Part shown: positions 41,897-55,047 of the stretch, piece by piece | Numbering within the stretch: the stretch's first letter is position 1 | Layout: the number at the start of each line of letters is the position of its first letter | Source of the DNA: Vicugna vicugna | Lineage: Eukaryota | Assembly (NCBI GenBank): GCA_013265495.1 | Contig: MU061579.1 | Location: forward strand, 6,300,124-6,364,123 | DNA: 64,000 nt | Reading direction: 5' to 3' | The notes under the pieces: generated by a model | Seen by the model: only the letters and a program-made list of their open reading frames with translations | Database searches by the model: none | What the model was told of the DNA's origin: nothing | Program-made: the position numbers and the translations under genes

Positions 41897-44004
41897 TACC
41901 TGGATTTAGGGAAACAGAGCCAAAGCTGAAGAGATAGTAGATCTGGGATATTTCACATAGAGGAGAAGGTTAAGATAGTAAGATTTGGTGAATTCACTGC
42001 GGGGAGGGGCAGAAACAGAAGGGCCCTGAGATAGGAAGCAGTAATTCAGCACCATCAGGAGGAAGGGAGTCAGCAGAGGGACAAGGGAGGGAAGAGGAAG
42101 ACCAGGGCAGGCCATGGAATACAAGGGAAGGGGTGCAGTGCTCTGGAAGGCAGGGAAGATACAGACCAAGAATCAGTTGCTGTAAGTAGTATCTAGGAGG
42201 GCTCTAGAAAGACCGGAAAGAAAGGTTTTAATAGAGATTTAAGAGACGATGTATCACCCTAAAGCAAGGGCTCAGGGAGTGAGCTAATAGTGATGAGCTT
42301 AAGGCATTAAGTTTATGTTACACATGAAAAGATTTCATGGTCAAGGGAAGGGGAGAGATAAGGGCTTGAAACATCAGCAGAAGCAAGGAGAGGGGAGGCC
42401 TGAGAGTGCTTGTGGGAAGCATGGGAAGCACCTGATGGAGGAGGTGGTTAAGGAACAGGTGTGAAGGAACAAATACTTGATGAAAAACACTGTGGGGGAT
42501 GGAACCCAGCAAGCACGGAGGAGGGGTATTTTGTAAGAAACTGACTTGGAAATGAAAACGAGGTTATGAGAACTTAGGTCAAAAGGCTCCGGGTAAAGTT
42601 AGGAGAGACACACACTGGCTGAGTGAAACAGAGTAAGAGTGAGACTGAGGCTTACGGGTGGTAGAGTTTTGTGTCATTGCTATGGAAAATTTTCAATTGG
42701 ATTCAGGGAACAGACTTTTTAATGGATTTATAAGCTGCTAAGGCGTACCCCGCAGAGATTTTTGATCACATTCAGTACAGTTCCGTAAGCCTGGGCACCC
42801 CAGTAGTTGACTGCCATGTTTGTAAGGCAGGATTGGCGATTGAAAAATTGGGCACATTGAAAGCTAAAGAGGACAACAGATTTTAAGGGGGACGGCATAC
42901 ACTATTGACATACAAAGCCGATCGTTAGGGGCAGTGTGGGTACAGAGGCAGAGACGATGGAATGATTGACGGCATCAAGGGACTTGCTCTGTTGGTGACA
43001 GGGCAAGAAGCACATTAGGCAGGAGCAAAGGAATAGAAGCTGTGGAAGTTTGAGAGGTCAGGCAGTGGTCAGCAGTAATACTGAGAAGCCGAGGCCATGG
43101 AGGTGGGATTGTTCCAGCTGAGGATGAAACACAAGGATTTGCCGTGCAAGTCAGTTTCTAATATGGCGTCACCACACAGGTCCTTGAGATTGACAAGATT
43201 AACAAACCATGTGGTCCAAGGTGTAACCTTATCCACAGGGTGGCTGACAATGCTGCCTGCCAATGGCAGGAGACAGGTGGTGTAGGTGGGGAGAGGAAGG
43301 CGTACACATGTAGCAGGACGTTAAAAGGGATATATTGCAAGATGGAAGCAGAATGTTGGTTTGAAAGTGACAATGGAGAGGAAGGATGTGTTGGCTCCAT
43401 TTTCTGAGTAGCTTTCACAGAAAAGCCACAGGATTTATAGTTTAAAAGCAGGTGCAATTTATGTGAGTAGGTTCATGGAAAGAATAGTTGAGTAAAAGAT
43501 GGCAGAGCTAGTGTTCTTTTCCGACACCAGACCAGGGAAACTGGTGCAGAGGTCTGTGTGCAAGTGGGATGTGCAAGGGCAAGTGCAAGTGATGCAGCTT
43601 AGGGCTGACGTGTGGAAGGAGAGAGAGAGGAGGGCTTGGGGGCTTACTGAGAGGGATGGATCTGAGCTACACAATGAAATAAATAACAGTTAAACAACAC
43701 AAAATGGGAATCATGCACTTAGGCAGGAGACAGGAGTCACAGAGTAAGGGAAAGGGTATGCTGAACACATAGGATATATTCAGAGATGTTTGTGCTGCTA
43801 AATAGTTCAGAGGCCAGGGGAAATGTTGGTGTAAAGGACCTTCCACTGAACCGCACTTTGGTTAGTGGATCTTGGTGAGTTGTGTGTGTTTGTGCGTGTG
43901 CATGTAGCTGAGGGGCTGGGGCATGAGGATTGCTTAGTTGCCTTTATGCATCTAGTTAGTACTAATTAAGAGAAGTATCTTTTGAACCTAAAAACATCAT
44001 TTAG

Positions 44005-44185
44005 CATAGTGCCACTCAAAGTATGGTTAAGGACCTCAGTGTCAGCATCATCTGGGAGCTTGTTAAAAATGCCAAGTTTCATCCCCACCCTAGTCTTCCT
44101 TAATTAGCCTATTTGGGGAGGGGCCTAAAAACCATTTTAACCAGTCCTCCTGGATCTCTGGGAAGTGAAAATTAGAGAAGCATTT
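44005..44185. mobile_element. MER5A-like hAT MITE
   Basis: ctcaaagtatggt...cagcatcatctgggagcttgttaaaaatgc...ttttaaccag. Confidence 0.7.
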
Positions 44186-44352
44186 CTAACCGTCTGCAGT
44201 GTAGGTGGTTCCCTTAGAAGAAGATCCCAGAAAGACCAGGGATTCAAAGGCTCTCAACTGTCCATCCGGGTGGTCCCACATTTTTCAGAGGCCAAATAAG
44301 AGATGGTGTAGCATAGATGTCCTGAGAACAGGTGGAAGGGTCCTAACACTGA

Positions 44353-44733
<381 letters not shown>

Positions 44734-44849
44734 TCGGTTGGAAGATGGGTTCTGTCAGCATTTTACTAGCGGTTTCCAAGTAATGTTGTTTGAAGGGAAT
44801 CTATTTGATAGACATGCTATTGAGACAAGGGAAGAAGCACTAATCAAAC

Positions 44850-44855
44850 AATAAA
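44850..44855 (+). promoter_or_regulatory. Candidate proximal polyadenylation signal of DTHD1
   Basis: First AATAAA after the stop codon, followed by T/GT-rich sequence (tttgtggatttgagtt). Usage is not shown by the sequence. Confidence 0.5.
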
Positions 44856-45184
44856 AAACATTTGTGGATTTGAGTTCTCCTTCATGCTTCAGTGATAGAT
44901 GTTCTGCAAGCAGGATTGTCTTGAGTTCAGCCAAACTCAGTAGCCTTTGTAATTGAGTTTGCCCTGTTTTTATTTCATAGCTGAAGTTGCTCTTTAAGTG
45001 TGAAGGAAAGGTAATACAGGCAGGATCCGTTTGTTACTGTTATCTACAGGAAAGTAAACTAGTCATGCAGGAAGGACACCCAGCAACTAATTCATGTTAT
45101 GCACGTACCGCGGAGCCCACAGGTAACAATAAAGAATAAACTGGGCTGCAGAGACCTCATGCTGATGACAACAAATCGCTTTAA

Positions 45185-45330
45185 GAACTATATTCAATAC
45201 CTTGTAATAGCCTATAATGAAAAAGAATATGTAAAGGGATATATATGTATAATTGACTCACTATGCTGTATACCAGAAATTAACATAACATTGCAAATCG
45301 ACCATACTTCAATAAAAAAATTAAGAAAAA
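45185..45330 (+). mobile_element. L1 3' UTR terminal fragment
   Basis: gaactatattcaataccttgtaatagcctataatg...ctatgctgtataccagaaattaac...tacttcaataaaaaaa. Confidence 0.8.
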
Positions 45331-46235
45331 AAGACAGGGTTGAAATAAATTAAAATAGAATAACACTTCAGCCATTTACTGACACAAATTTTTCTTTTAA
45401 TAAAAGATAGCCTAGAATAGGAAGCCCTCATATTTTATTCTTAATGAAATGAGGCAGCGCAGAGACAATGAAATATCAGTGAAAGAACTCAGGGCCTTTT
45501 GCACCTGCTTAGGAAAATAACCTGCTTCGAAATCAGTTTGACAGAAGCCTTATTACACAAGCCCTATATGCTCATTATTTTTTTTTAAAAGATCCTGCCT
45601 GTAAAAAACACAAAACTAAAAGAAATAAATCATAATCACCTAAGTTCCTCCATCACTGATAATCCCTGTGAATGTTAAGTGTTTACATTTTGAGACCTTG
45701 GAAAACTTAAAGCACTGTAGCTCCCTGAAACCGTGTGACACGAATGGGGCATTTCATTAGTACCACCAAGTCATGGGTGGGAAGCATCGGGGCCTTGACT
45801 TGCAAACGTCAGTAGTGATTAGTTTCGATAATTGAAATAATCTGAAAATTAATGAAATTACATGAAAAATTAAACACTTATACGGTTCTCAAATTGAAAG
45901 ATAACATCTTCTATAAATTAACCAGGGACTTAGATCTCTATTTGGTTATGTATTTAAAAAGAGAATTCCAATTCTCAAACACATTCCTATCAAGAAAGCT
46001 TTTAGCAGGATTTTTATTTTTATGTATTTCCAGAAAGGTACAATATTTTTCATGTGTGAAGAAAATAGACTGAAATGTTCATTGTTTTTATGACTACAAA
46101 ATGACAAAAAGTCAAGAAAATAAAATTTGTCTCTTACTCTGCCCCTAGAGATTACTATTAAGAAAATATTTTATTCTGATTTTTCTTTTTTCTTGGAAAG
46201 AAATATTTCTACTTCAGTGCATATAGATGTCTATA

Positions 46236-46852
46236 AACACAATCACCTATGCACACACACACACAAATCTCCTCATACATATCACCGCACTCACCACCTC
46301 CTCACTTACTCACACACGTCTCCTCACACCCCCTCCCCATGTCCGCACACCCCCACAAGCCGTCTCACTCACACAAACACACGTCCCCTCCCACGTACCT
46401 TTCACAAACAGCCTCCAACACATATGCCTGCCCCATACACAGACACCCACAGACTCTCATCCACCTGTACATCCTCAAGTGTGTTCACACACTGTCACAC
46501 ATCCTCCCACATACTCCACTCCCACCTCTCTCGCACAAACACACTGCTTCACATACGACCCCCACACATCCACCCTTACACACAGACAGTCTCAGGTCCA
46601 CAGGGACACTTTCACACATGCCTACACACATGCACACAAACACTCATTAATATACACATATACTTGTTAACATCCTCACCAACACACACTCACACACCAT
46701 CTCACATTGCCTGTGCACCTTCACATACACACACTCTCACACCAGCTCCCACCTCTCTCTCTCTCCCCATCGCTTTCTCTCACACACAGACACTCATTCA
46801 CTTTCATACCCTGACAGGCACACATCCCTTCACACATACACTCTGACACACA
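46236..46852. repeat. Degenerate (CA)-rich simple repeat of about 620 nt
   Basis: Interrupted CACA/CTCA/CATA units throughout. Confidence 0.9.
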
Positions 46853-46959
46853 TTTTCCCTCAGCATTAAAAAATGCACATATTATTGCAACAATAAAATA
46901 ACATAAAGGTATATGAAGATAAAAATGGACCATCTCTGCAGCACCTGGTCTCCCTTAGG

Positions 46960-47430
46960 TAGTCAAAGGAATCGTCAGTCCCATACATGGCATGTGCCTC
47001 GTGTGTTCAGGGTGCCACACCCATGCCTCACCCTCATGCATCCTGCTGTCTGTCTGGTGGGCTGACCTGGAGGAACCACATCGCCAACGCTCTGGCTTCT
47101 CCGTGGGCTTGGTAATGGGGAGCCCCAGCGGGAGGCTGGGAGGAGGGAGGAGGGTGAGCTGGACTCTTCCTCTTTCTTTCTCCCTTGAATTCACCATGGC
47201 CCGGCTGTGTCCCCCACCCGACGGCCACTGTTCCTCTCCTTTCTGGCAGTTCTCTCTTGGGGCTGGGAATCTCTCCTGCTGGGGCCGCATCAGTCCTGGG
47301 ACAGTGACAGCTCCATTACTGCACTATCCCTTGTGGTCCCTCATGCCCTGCCCACTCTTTGAAGACAAAGCCTCCTCTAATTATTCTAATTTGAGGTTAT
47401 CATGTGTTTCTTTGAGACCCTGACTGATAC
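46960..47430 (+). mobile_element. ERVL LTR (LTR33-like)
   Basis: tggcttctccgtgggcttggtaatggggagcc...ggaggagggaggag and terminal gaccctgactgatac. Confidence 0.6.
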
Positions 47431-50400
47431 TTCTCATAGAAACTTAGACCTTTTTTTTCCAAAATGTGGGTCATATAGTGTATATAGTTTTAAATATTAT
47501 CATATTTTATTAATCTGTGAACATTTTCCTATGTCTTTAAATGTTTTAATAGCTGCAGAATATCCCACTTCGTAGCCATAGCATAATTAATTTTAGTATT
47601 ACTTATTTTTGAATTTAAAAATGAAATAATGCAGTATATATTCTTTCACACCTGGCTTTTTTATTCAATTTTATGTTGTTGAAATTCAACCATGTTGTTT
47701 GTGTGGCAATAATTTGTTGCTTCCCATTAATAAATAATATTCCATTCTATGCAGATACTATAAATTACATACCTCTTCCACTGTAAATAGGCATTTCAGA
47801 GGGTTCCAGCTTGGAGCTATCATGAACAGTTATTTTATAAACTTTCTGTAGATACTTTTTAGTGAACATATGTTTTAATTTCTTCCAAGTATATGCCTAA
47901 TTTATTCAACCTTTCCCCTCTTGTTATATATTCATATGACTTTCTTCTTTCCATAAACCAATACTGCAATGATCATTTTTCTACGTATGTATGTGAATTA
48001 TTATTTCATTAGGATACTTACTGGAAACATTTTTATTACTGTTCTCAGTAATAAATGGGATTACTTACTGGGAACATTTTTAAGGTTCTTGATACACATT
48101 GCCAAGTTGCCATTTTATATTCTAATCATCAGGTTATGAAGATTCTTGGGAAAACAATATTTTAAGTATATAAATGAATCAACAGTATTTTAAATACATA
48201 AATGAACGAGGCACATAACATGAAATTCTACAACCTAGGTGAACCTGGATTGTCTTTAATTTCTCCATTATGAAAAAAAAGATATTGGCTCAAATCTTTT
48301 ATGGTGTTTCTTCTACTAATGAATAGAGCATATTCTACTGGTATTGACATTTTAAAAAAGTATCAGAAGGAGAAATAATATAGCAGATACGTGGACAGAT
48401 TCCAGGATATCAGAGAACTTAGCAAATACAGCTAATTGCCAATGAAAGGAATGTTAAGTTCATTTATTCAGTGGATATATATTGAACACAAACCCCGCGT
48501 CAGGCAACATTTTCAGTGCCAGGAGCACAGAAATGGTAAGAGACAGTCCCTAGGTTATGCTTTCTGCGCAAAGGAAGAGCCAATGAATGTGATCAACATA
48601 TTGTTTATTGCCTATAGTGAAACTAGCTCTTTATGCTTAGCCATTTACAAGTATGCACTTATTTAATTCTCCCAGTGTCCTATGAGGTAGGTACACCGCC
48701 CCGTTTTACAAGAGAGGAGACTGGAGATTAGAAACATGCCATGCCCTGCTGACGGTCCCAAGTGGGTGACATAGGATTCAAACGTAGGTTGTTGGCTTAG
48801 TTCCCATCATATCATGTTGTCACTAAGCTAAGAAGAAAAAGGAGGGGAATGGACATACCGATTTGCTCCTAAACTTTCACTATTCCCACTTCTCATTTCG
48901 CACAACATTTCTAATGCATATCAGAGGTGCAAATAGATACTGGTTTTGCGGATGAGGATGGGGATGGGAGAAGGGGCAGGAGTGAGAGGGGATTGTGATC
49001 ATTGATATTTGTCCCAAGTCAGCTAGTTAAATGCTCTCTTAGACTTGTCTGAGAGACTGACAGATTAGGATAATACTGCAAACTGACCTAACACAAGCTG
49101 GTGAGGAATAAACATTGGCTTATTTGCGGTAGATATCAGCAATAGTTAGAGCTACATTGCCACAACTTGGCTACTTGGGCACATCAAGAGCCCTCCAAAC
49201 AGTGGCTGCAAAGCAGGACCACGGAGCAACGAACCCTTCTGCGTCATTACTGAGATGCCTGTTTTACACCATAGAGGGGTAGGAATGTTTCTACATTTTA
49301 GAGCCAATCTGTATACCCTGAGTCACATCAGTTTCACTAATGAAAACCCATCACAGCCATCATTTTGCTAATTATTAAGTACCAAATTCTACAAATTAAA
49401 AAAAAATTTCTAACATTTATTATTCTAGTTAATAAGACCTATGATGTTAAATCATAGTTATCTTGAACAAATGCTTACCATAACTGAGATATAAATTTAT
49501 GATTAGAGCAATTGATTATTCCCAAAAAATATAGCTTAAATGAATGCATACACAATATCACACTGTATATTCTAAAGTATTTTAAAGTAAAATAGAAACA
49601 ACTTAATAAGTAAGTTAAGTAGGCTTTGAAAGCAACATAATACAATTTTCAAAATTTCTAAGTTTTGTGAGGAAAGTTCAATTTTCCCAACCCAGTGTTT
49701 CTCAATGGGAGTGTTACTGGCATCTTGGCTGAAATATTTTAAGTAACCTGAACTGGCTCACACATTGTAGGCCATTCAGCACCCCTGACCTTCACCTATC
49801 AAATATGCAGATCATACCCTAGTAAGTGTGAGAAACAAAACTTCCACATAGTTCCAGGCATGGGGGAGGGCAGTTGGGAGAACAGAGAAATGCTATCACT
49901 GGACTTAAGAATAGGGTGCATGGACCTTAAGGGAGGGTATTGAGAACAATCGTCTTAACTTTTGGTTTGAAGCAGGGTGTAAAGAAAGGGTAGAATAAGT
50001 TAAGGGAAAGTTGGAACATTATAAGCAAAAGAGGGTCCTACCATACACTCTCCAACTGCTATCAGTGTTTGCAAGAAATGTCAACTGCTGTTTGATGAGC
50101 AGCCCCAACATACTTCTACTGAGGGGACCCTCTGAGTTATAGCCAGAGCTGTGCTATCGAATGAGAAGTTTGTCGAAGGAACACAGTCAGGCTCCCTGAA
50201 TTTAGAAAAGCAGTAGTCCAGAAGAAAAGGGAAATGTTGAGTGAAGTCGAAACAGTGGCTGATGCTGGGCTTGGGCTCCCCTCTGTGGCTCAGCTAAGCG
50301 TGGCTTCTGTGACTCGACCTCATCAGAATGCCCCGAGCTACAGACGTCAAGATGTTCTGACAAACCGCACATCATTTAACCCTCATCTTGCCCCTTCTCT

Positions 50401-53400
50401 CAGGTGTCCTCCACTGGAGCTTTCAATTCTCCTCACTCTGCATTTACTACCTAACAAACTAAATATTTCACAGTTCAATTATGGTTATTTACTTTTTGCA
50501 AACCCCCACCTGAGGGCATGCTATGCAAGGGTCAGGGAGCCCATCTCTTTTGTTCAGTGATGTCTTCCCATGACTTAGAACTCCATCTGGCACTCACTGA
50601 ATGTTTCTCTGTTTTCTTATTCTTACTTTACAGATGAGAAAACTGCAACACAGAGTTACAGTGATGCTCAGTCAGTGGTAGAGCCTGGATTAGAGCCCAG
50701 ACGATTCTGTTTTCAAACTCCTGGTTATTTTTGCTTCTGACTTCCTGCCCTTAGCTCCCTCCACCCCTCTCCCTTCCGTAGTCCTCTGTTTTCCATAACC
50801 TCGGATAACGTTTTTCCAGTTCCCTGAGTACCTTTATCATCCTTGGCACTAGTTATAGTTATAGCACTTCTAAACTCTGTAATAATTGCCTATTTATCTG
50901 TGTTTTTCTCCAATCAGTCTGTGTCTTGCAAGCAGAGATCGAGTTTTATTCATCATTGAATTTCCAGCACCCTGTATGGGCCCCAGCACATAGTAGGTAC
51001 TCAATAGGTCTCTGTTGAATTAATTCATGAATAATATCCACACAGTGACAGGCTTGGACCCTCTTTTCCCATTCCATCTTCCTTTCGGAAGCAACACTGT
51101 CGGGGCAGATGTCGTGTCTGAAAAGGTAAAATTTAGCGTGGACTGTAAACATCATGCTTGAAGCCAGCTGCAAGGTTAACAGGATTCAATATTTCTCCCT
51201 CGAACACACTGCAGCTGTAAAGTGTTCCCTTCTGTGAGTGACTGCTGCTTTCTTACACACTGAGAAATTTTGTTCTCCCAAATCACAAGACTACCAGAAA
51301 CTTTGCTGTTTGAAATTGTAACAATAAGGAAGAAATACTGCTCTCTTGCCTGGAGGATGTAAGTCATTTCGACAGGTAAGCAGTCTCAGTTGACAACCTG
51401 GGTACAGAGCATTGGATAAAGGTTTCTGGATACAACAAAGCACATCTATCTCAACAATAATGTTTCCAAGGAAACAGGACTCAGGGTCCATTTTGCAGTG
51501 AAGACCTGATGTTGAGCCCTTCACACAGCTCTGCTTTGCTTTGAACCCATCAGAACACTCAGCTCCACCCTTCTCCTAAGACCTCAAGTAACTGTCTTTG
51601 CCTTTGTTTAGTGATACACACTGTTTCTCTGGTGCACAGTCTCTTTCATTTTAGTGAGACATTAAACCCAACTTTGTTAAACTTTAAGTATTTTCCTGGT
51701 GGTCCGAGGCTGAGTGGGCTCCAACATCTATGCTTCTGTGCTTTGGTCCAGTAGTTCTTAAATTGGCAGCATGTTAGAATCAGCAGAGGGTGCCTGGATC
51801 CACCCGGAGAAATTCTGATTGAAGTAGTCTTGGGTGAGTCCTGGGAGTCATAATTTTAAAGCTCCCCAGTTGATTCTGCAGCCAAGGCTAAGAATCATTC
51901 TTCTAGCCAAGTGGACCTAGAGAAATCTAGAATGTGAAAATTCAGTTTCACCAGACCACAGCTTAGCTCTCTAAGCCAGAAACTTTGGCTAAAGACTCAA
52001 GGAGACTGTATTCTTAGTGAATAACTGAAGTGATCTTTATATACATGGAAGCTGAAGGGCATTGCCTATTCTTTTGAATTCCTGCCCAAAGTACTCTCTC
52101 AATTATTGTTTTTATTTTTCATGGTTATCACAGGCCCAAGAGTAACACAGGAGGGAGAGCGGAGGAAACAGAGGAGGCTCTGTGCTGTGCTGAATATAAA
52201 AGGTTTTTTCCCTTGGTTTATAGTCTTCTTTTGAGACAATTCATCTGTTCATAAGACTAGGTAGGGTGGAGTCAAGAGCTGAGGTAGGGAGTTCAGATAG
52301 CTGGGAAGGACTCAGAGGACACTGAGCCAGGGGAACTCAAATATAATTTCAGTAATCTGTCTTAGTGAAAATAGCCACCCCCAAATCATAAAGCTGAATT
52401 GACATCCCTGGAAGCTGATTATTGTACACCTTTAAATTTGGTCCCATTAATTGACTACACACCCAATCATACACTGTGAATCAGTATTTTTGATTTTTTT
52501 CTCTCATTTTAAAGAGAAAAATTTTATTTCATTATATTTGTGTGCTAAAATTTTTAAATGCACTATATTATATTATTTTTAGGCATATTTTTGGCCATTT
52601 TTATACATGCTGATGGCTTCAAAATTGAAAGTGACCCAGGCCTTGCTCCACTTGAAAGGCTGTATCTGTACCAGACAAGCTGAAACTTAACAAATAGTCA
52701 TGGCAAATATCTGGATGCCACCACAAGAGGGCCTCTGTGTCTCAGATAAAATTAAGGAAACATTCAACACTACAGAGAAATCCTTTTATGTTGACGATTA
52801 ATTGTTTTGCATGATACTTAAATTTTTTTTATAAGTTATTTTAGGGCAGAGGGCATAACCTCACTTATGGTCAATATACTGTTAATGTAATAGTGCATCA
52901 TTTTGTGGCTAACTTCTTCTCTAATATTCTGAAATGTCTAATTCTCATTTGATATGAAGAAACAAGGTACACAGAAACTCCAGCACCTGTAGAGGCTTTA
53001 TGTTTCATTGTATCTTCTGTTTCTTTAATCAAAGCAGCAGAAATAATAGTGGAATCTATTACTGATCACAGAAAACAATATGTATAATTTCTTTGAAGTT
53101 ATCTGGATATAGAAATTAAAAGTTAAACTATTAAAAGTATTATGGAATAAATGTATTTTTGACTCACTTCACTTTCCAGTAAGTGCTATTAACTGATTTG
53201 ATGTCTAAATAATTACCTTCTAGCTTCTGAAAGGTTCTGAATGGAGTGTTGCTATGTTTGTCAGTAAATAAAAATGGCTTACATTCAAAATGAAGTAAGA
53301 TTTTTATTTAAAATTCAAATTCTGAATTAAGATTATTATTTAAAAATAATCAAGTGATATTTTTCAGACCATTTTAGTTGTAATTTTAAAATAATCTATT

Positions 53401-53572
53401 TCTGGGATTGAATTCTTAAAAAAAGATGAATATTACCCCTTCCACAAAGCATCACAAAACACACAAACCAACAACAGTGTGATGGCATTGGAAGAGCCCC
53501 TGAACATAAAGCAAAAATGAGGACAACTGAAAACAGTCAAACGTACAAAGATGACTACTAAAATGTACTTGA

Positions 53573-53890
53573 CTGTATTAAAGTATTTGCCACTTCTCTT
53601 TGTAGGAAAGCAATACATTCCTGCCCCATTGATGTTACTCTTGGCCATATGACTTAGAGTGCCCAATGAAATATGTGACATATATGAGCAGAAGCTACAT
53701 AGCCATTGAGTGGTTCCACCATGTTTCTTTTCTCCCTGCTTTGAGGTCAGCAAAGTCTTAATGAAGAATATTCTGTTAGCCTGGATCCTGGAGCACAAAA
53801 GATATTCACAGCCTGCTAATAATTCATAGCATAGAAAGTATATGTGAAAAATATATTTGATTGTAACTCCCTATTACCCTGATCGATACA
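53573..53890 (+). mobile_element. MaLR LTR (MLT1I/J-like)
   Basis: ttcctgccccattgatgtt...ttggccatatgactt...tagcctggatcctggag...cctgatcgataca. Confidence 0.65.
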
Positions 53891-54451
53891 ATTAATTTAC
53901 CAGGTTTAAGGAAGAAACCATACTAGCACTGGTTATCAGTGCTATCAGACTTTAATAAAAGGAGTAGAGCTCTGGGCTCTATAGGCAAGGAAAAAGATGA
54001 AAAATTGATGAGAAAGGCATCAAAAATGCGAAGATCAGAATTGTTGGTATTAACAGCAGACTGCCACAGCAAATGGGGGAAATTAGAAGCCATTATAGGA
54101 ATAATAAGCCCAAATATTATGCCACTGAGGAAAGATAAATAATAAATACCAATTTATTGAAGGCTGACTGTATGCCAAGAGCTTTTTATGTATAATTTCA
54201 TTTTATTCTCTTAAGTATCCTTCAATTATTTGGTATTATTTTTCTTTCCTAGATGATGAACAGGTTTTGAAATGTTAAAAGTTCATTCATTTACACATTT
54301 CCTTGTTCATTTGTTTACCTATTCGCCCATTCATCATTCAATCAACAAGTATTTATAAAGCAGCTACTATATACCAGGTGGTGCAGTTAGGTTTTTAAGT
54401 CCATCCCTATCTGATTTCAAGAGTCTATGTTCCCTCCACTCCGTAGAACTC

Positions 54452-55047
54452 TGCAGTCAGCAGAATTCTAAGATGACCCCCAAGATTTCCCAGTCTTTTG
54501 TCATAGACACTCTAAGTAATCCTCAGGATTATGAGTATTATGGATTTAACTCTAGGATTAGGAGTTGACACAGTTGACTTTAATATGAGATTATTCACAT
54601 GGGCCTGACCTAATCACATGAGCTGGCCTCAGAAGGAAAAGTCAGAGAGAACTGAAGCATGAAAGATATTCAAGAGGAGGAAGGTTCTCAGTTTCTGAGT
54701 TAGAAGGGGGCACATGGTAAAGATCTAAGTGTAGCTTCTAGGAGAAGAAAGCAGTCCCTGATGACAGCTAGCAAGAAAATGGGGACATCAGTCCTACAAC
54801 CCCAAGGAAATGAAGTCTATCAACAGCCTGATGGAGCATGGAAGTGTAGCTTTCCCTAGTCATACCTCCAAATGAGGACAAGGCTGGCCAACATCTTGAA
54901 TTTAGCCTCCTGAGACCTAGCTTGAGTGAAGGACTAGCTGAAATGTGCCAGACTCTTGACCCATGGAAATGATAAGCATATAAATATGTGGTCTTCAAGT
55001 CATTAAGTATGTGATAATTTGCTACACAGCAAAAGAAAACTAATGCA
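54452..55047 (+). mobile_element. MaLR LTR (MLT1E-like), near full length
   Basis: TG...CA termini; cagaattctaagatgacccccaaga; gacagctagcaagaaaatggggac; aatttgctacacagcaaaagaaaactaatgca. Confidence 0.85.

Larger units (their letters stand above)
40700..43400 (-). mobile_element. Long decayed L2 remnant interrupted by Tigger1
   Basis: Purine-rich + strand with L2-like motifs, including ggtccaaggtgtaacc (~43213-43228), which resembles the antisense of the endonuclease GHTLDL motif. Confidence 0.5.

Noticed and set aside
46127..46846. 239-aa ORF and overlapping His/Thr/Pro-rich ORFs
   Set aside because: By-product of the CA-rich repeat, which lacks stop codons in several frames; no domain or splice support.
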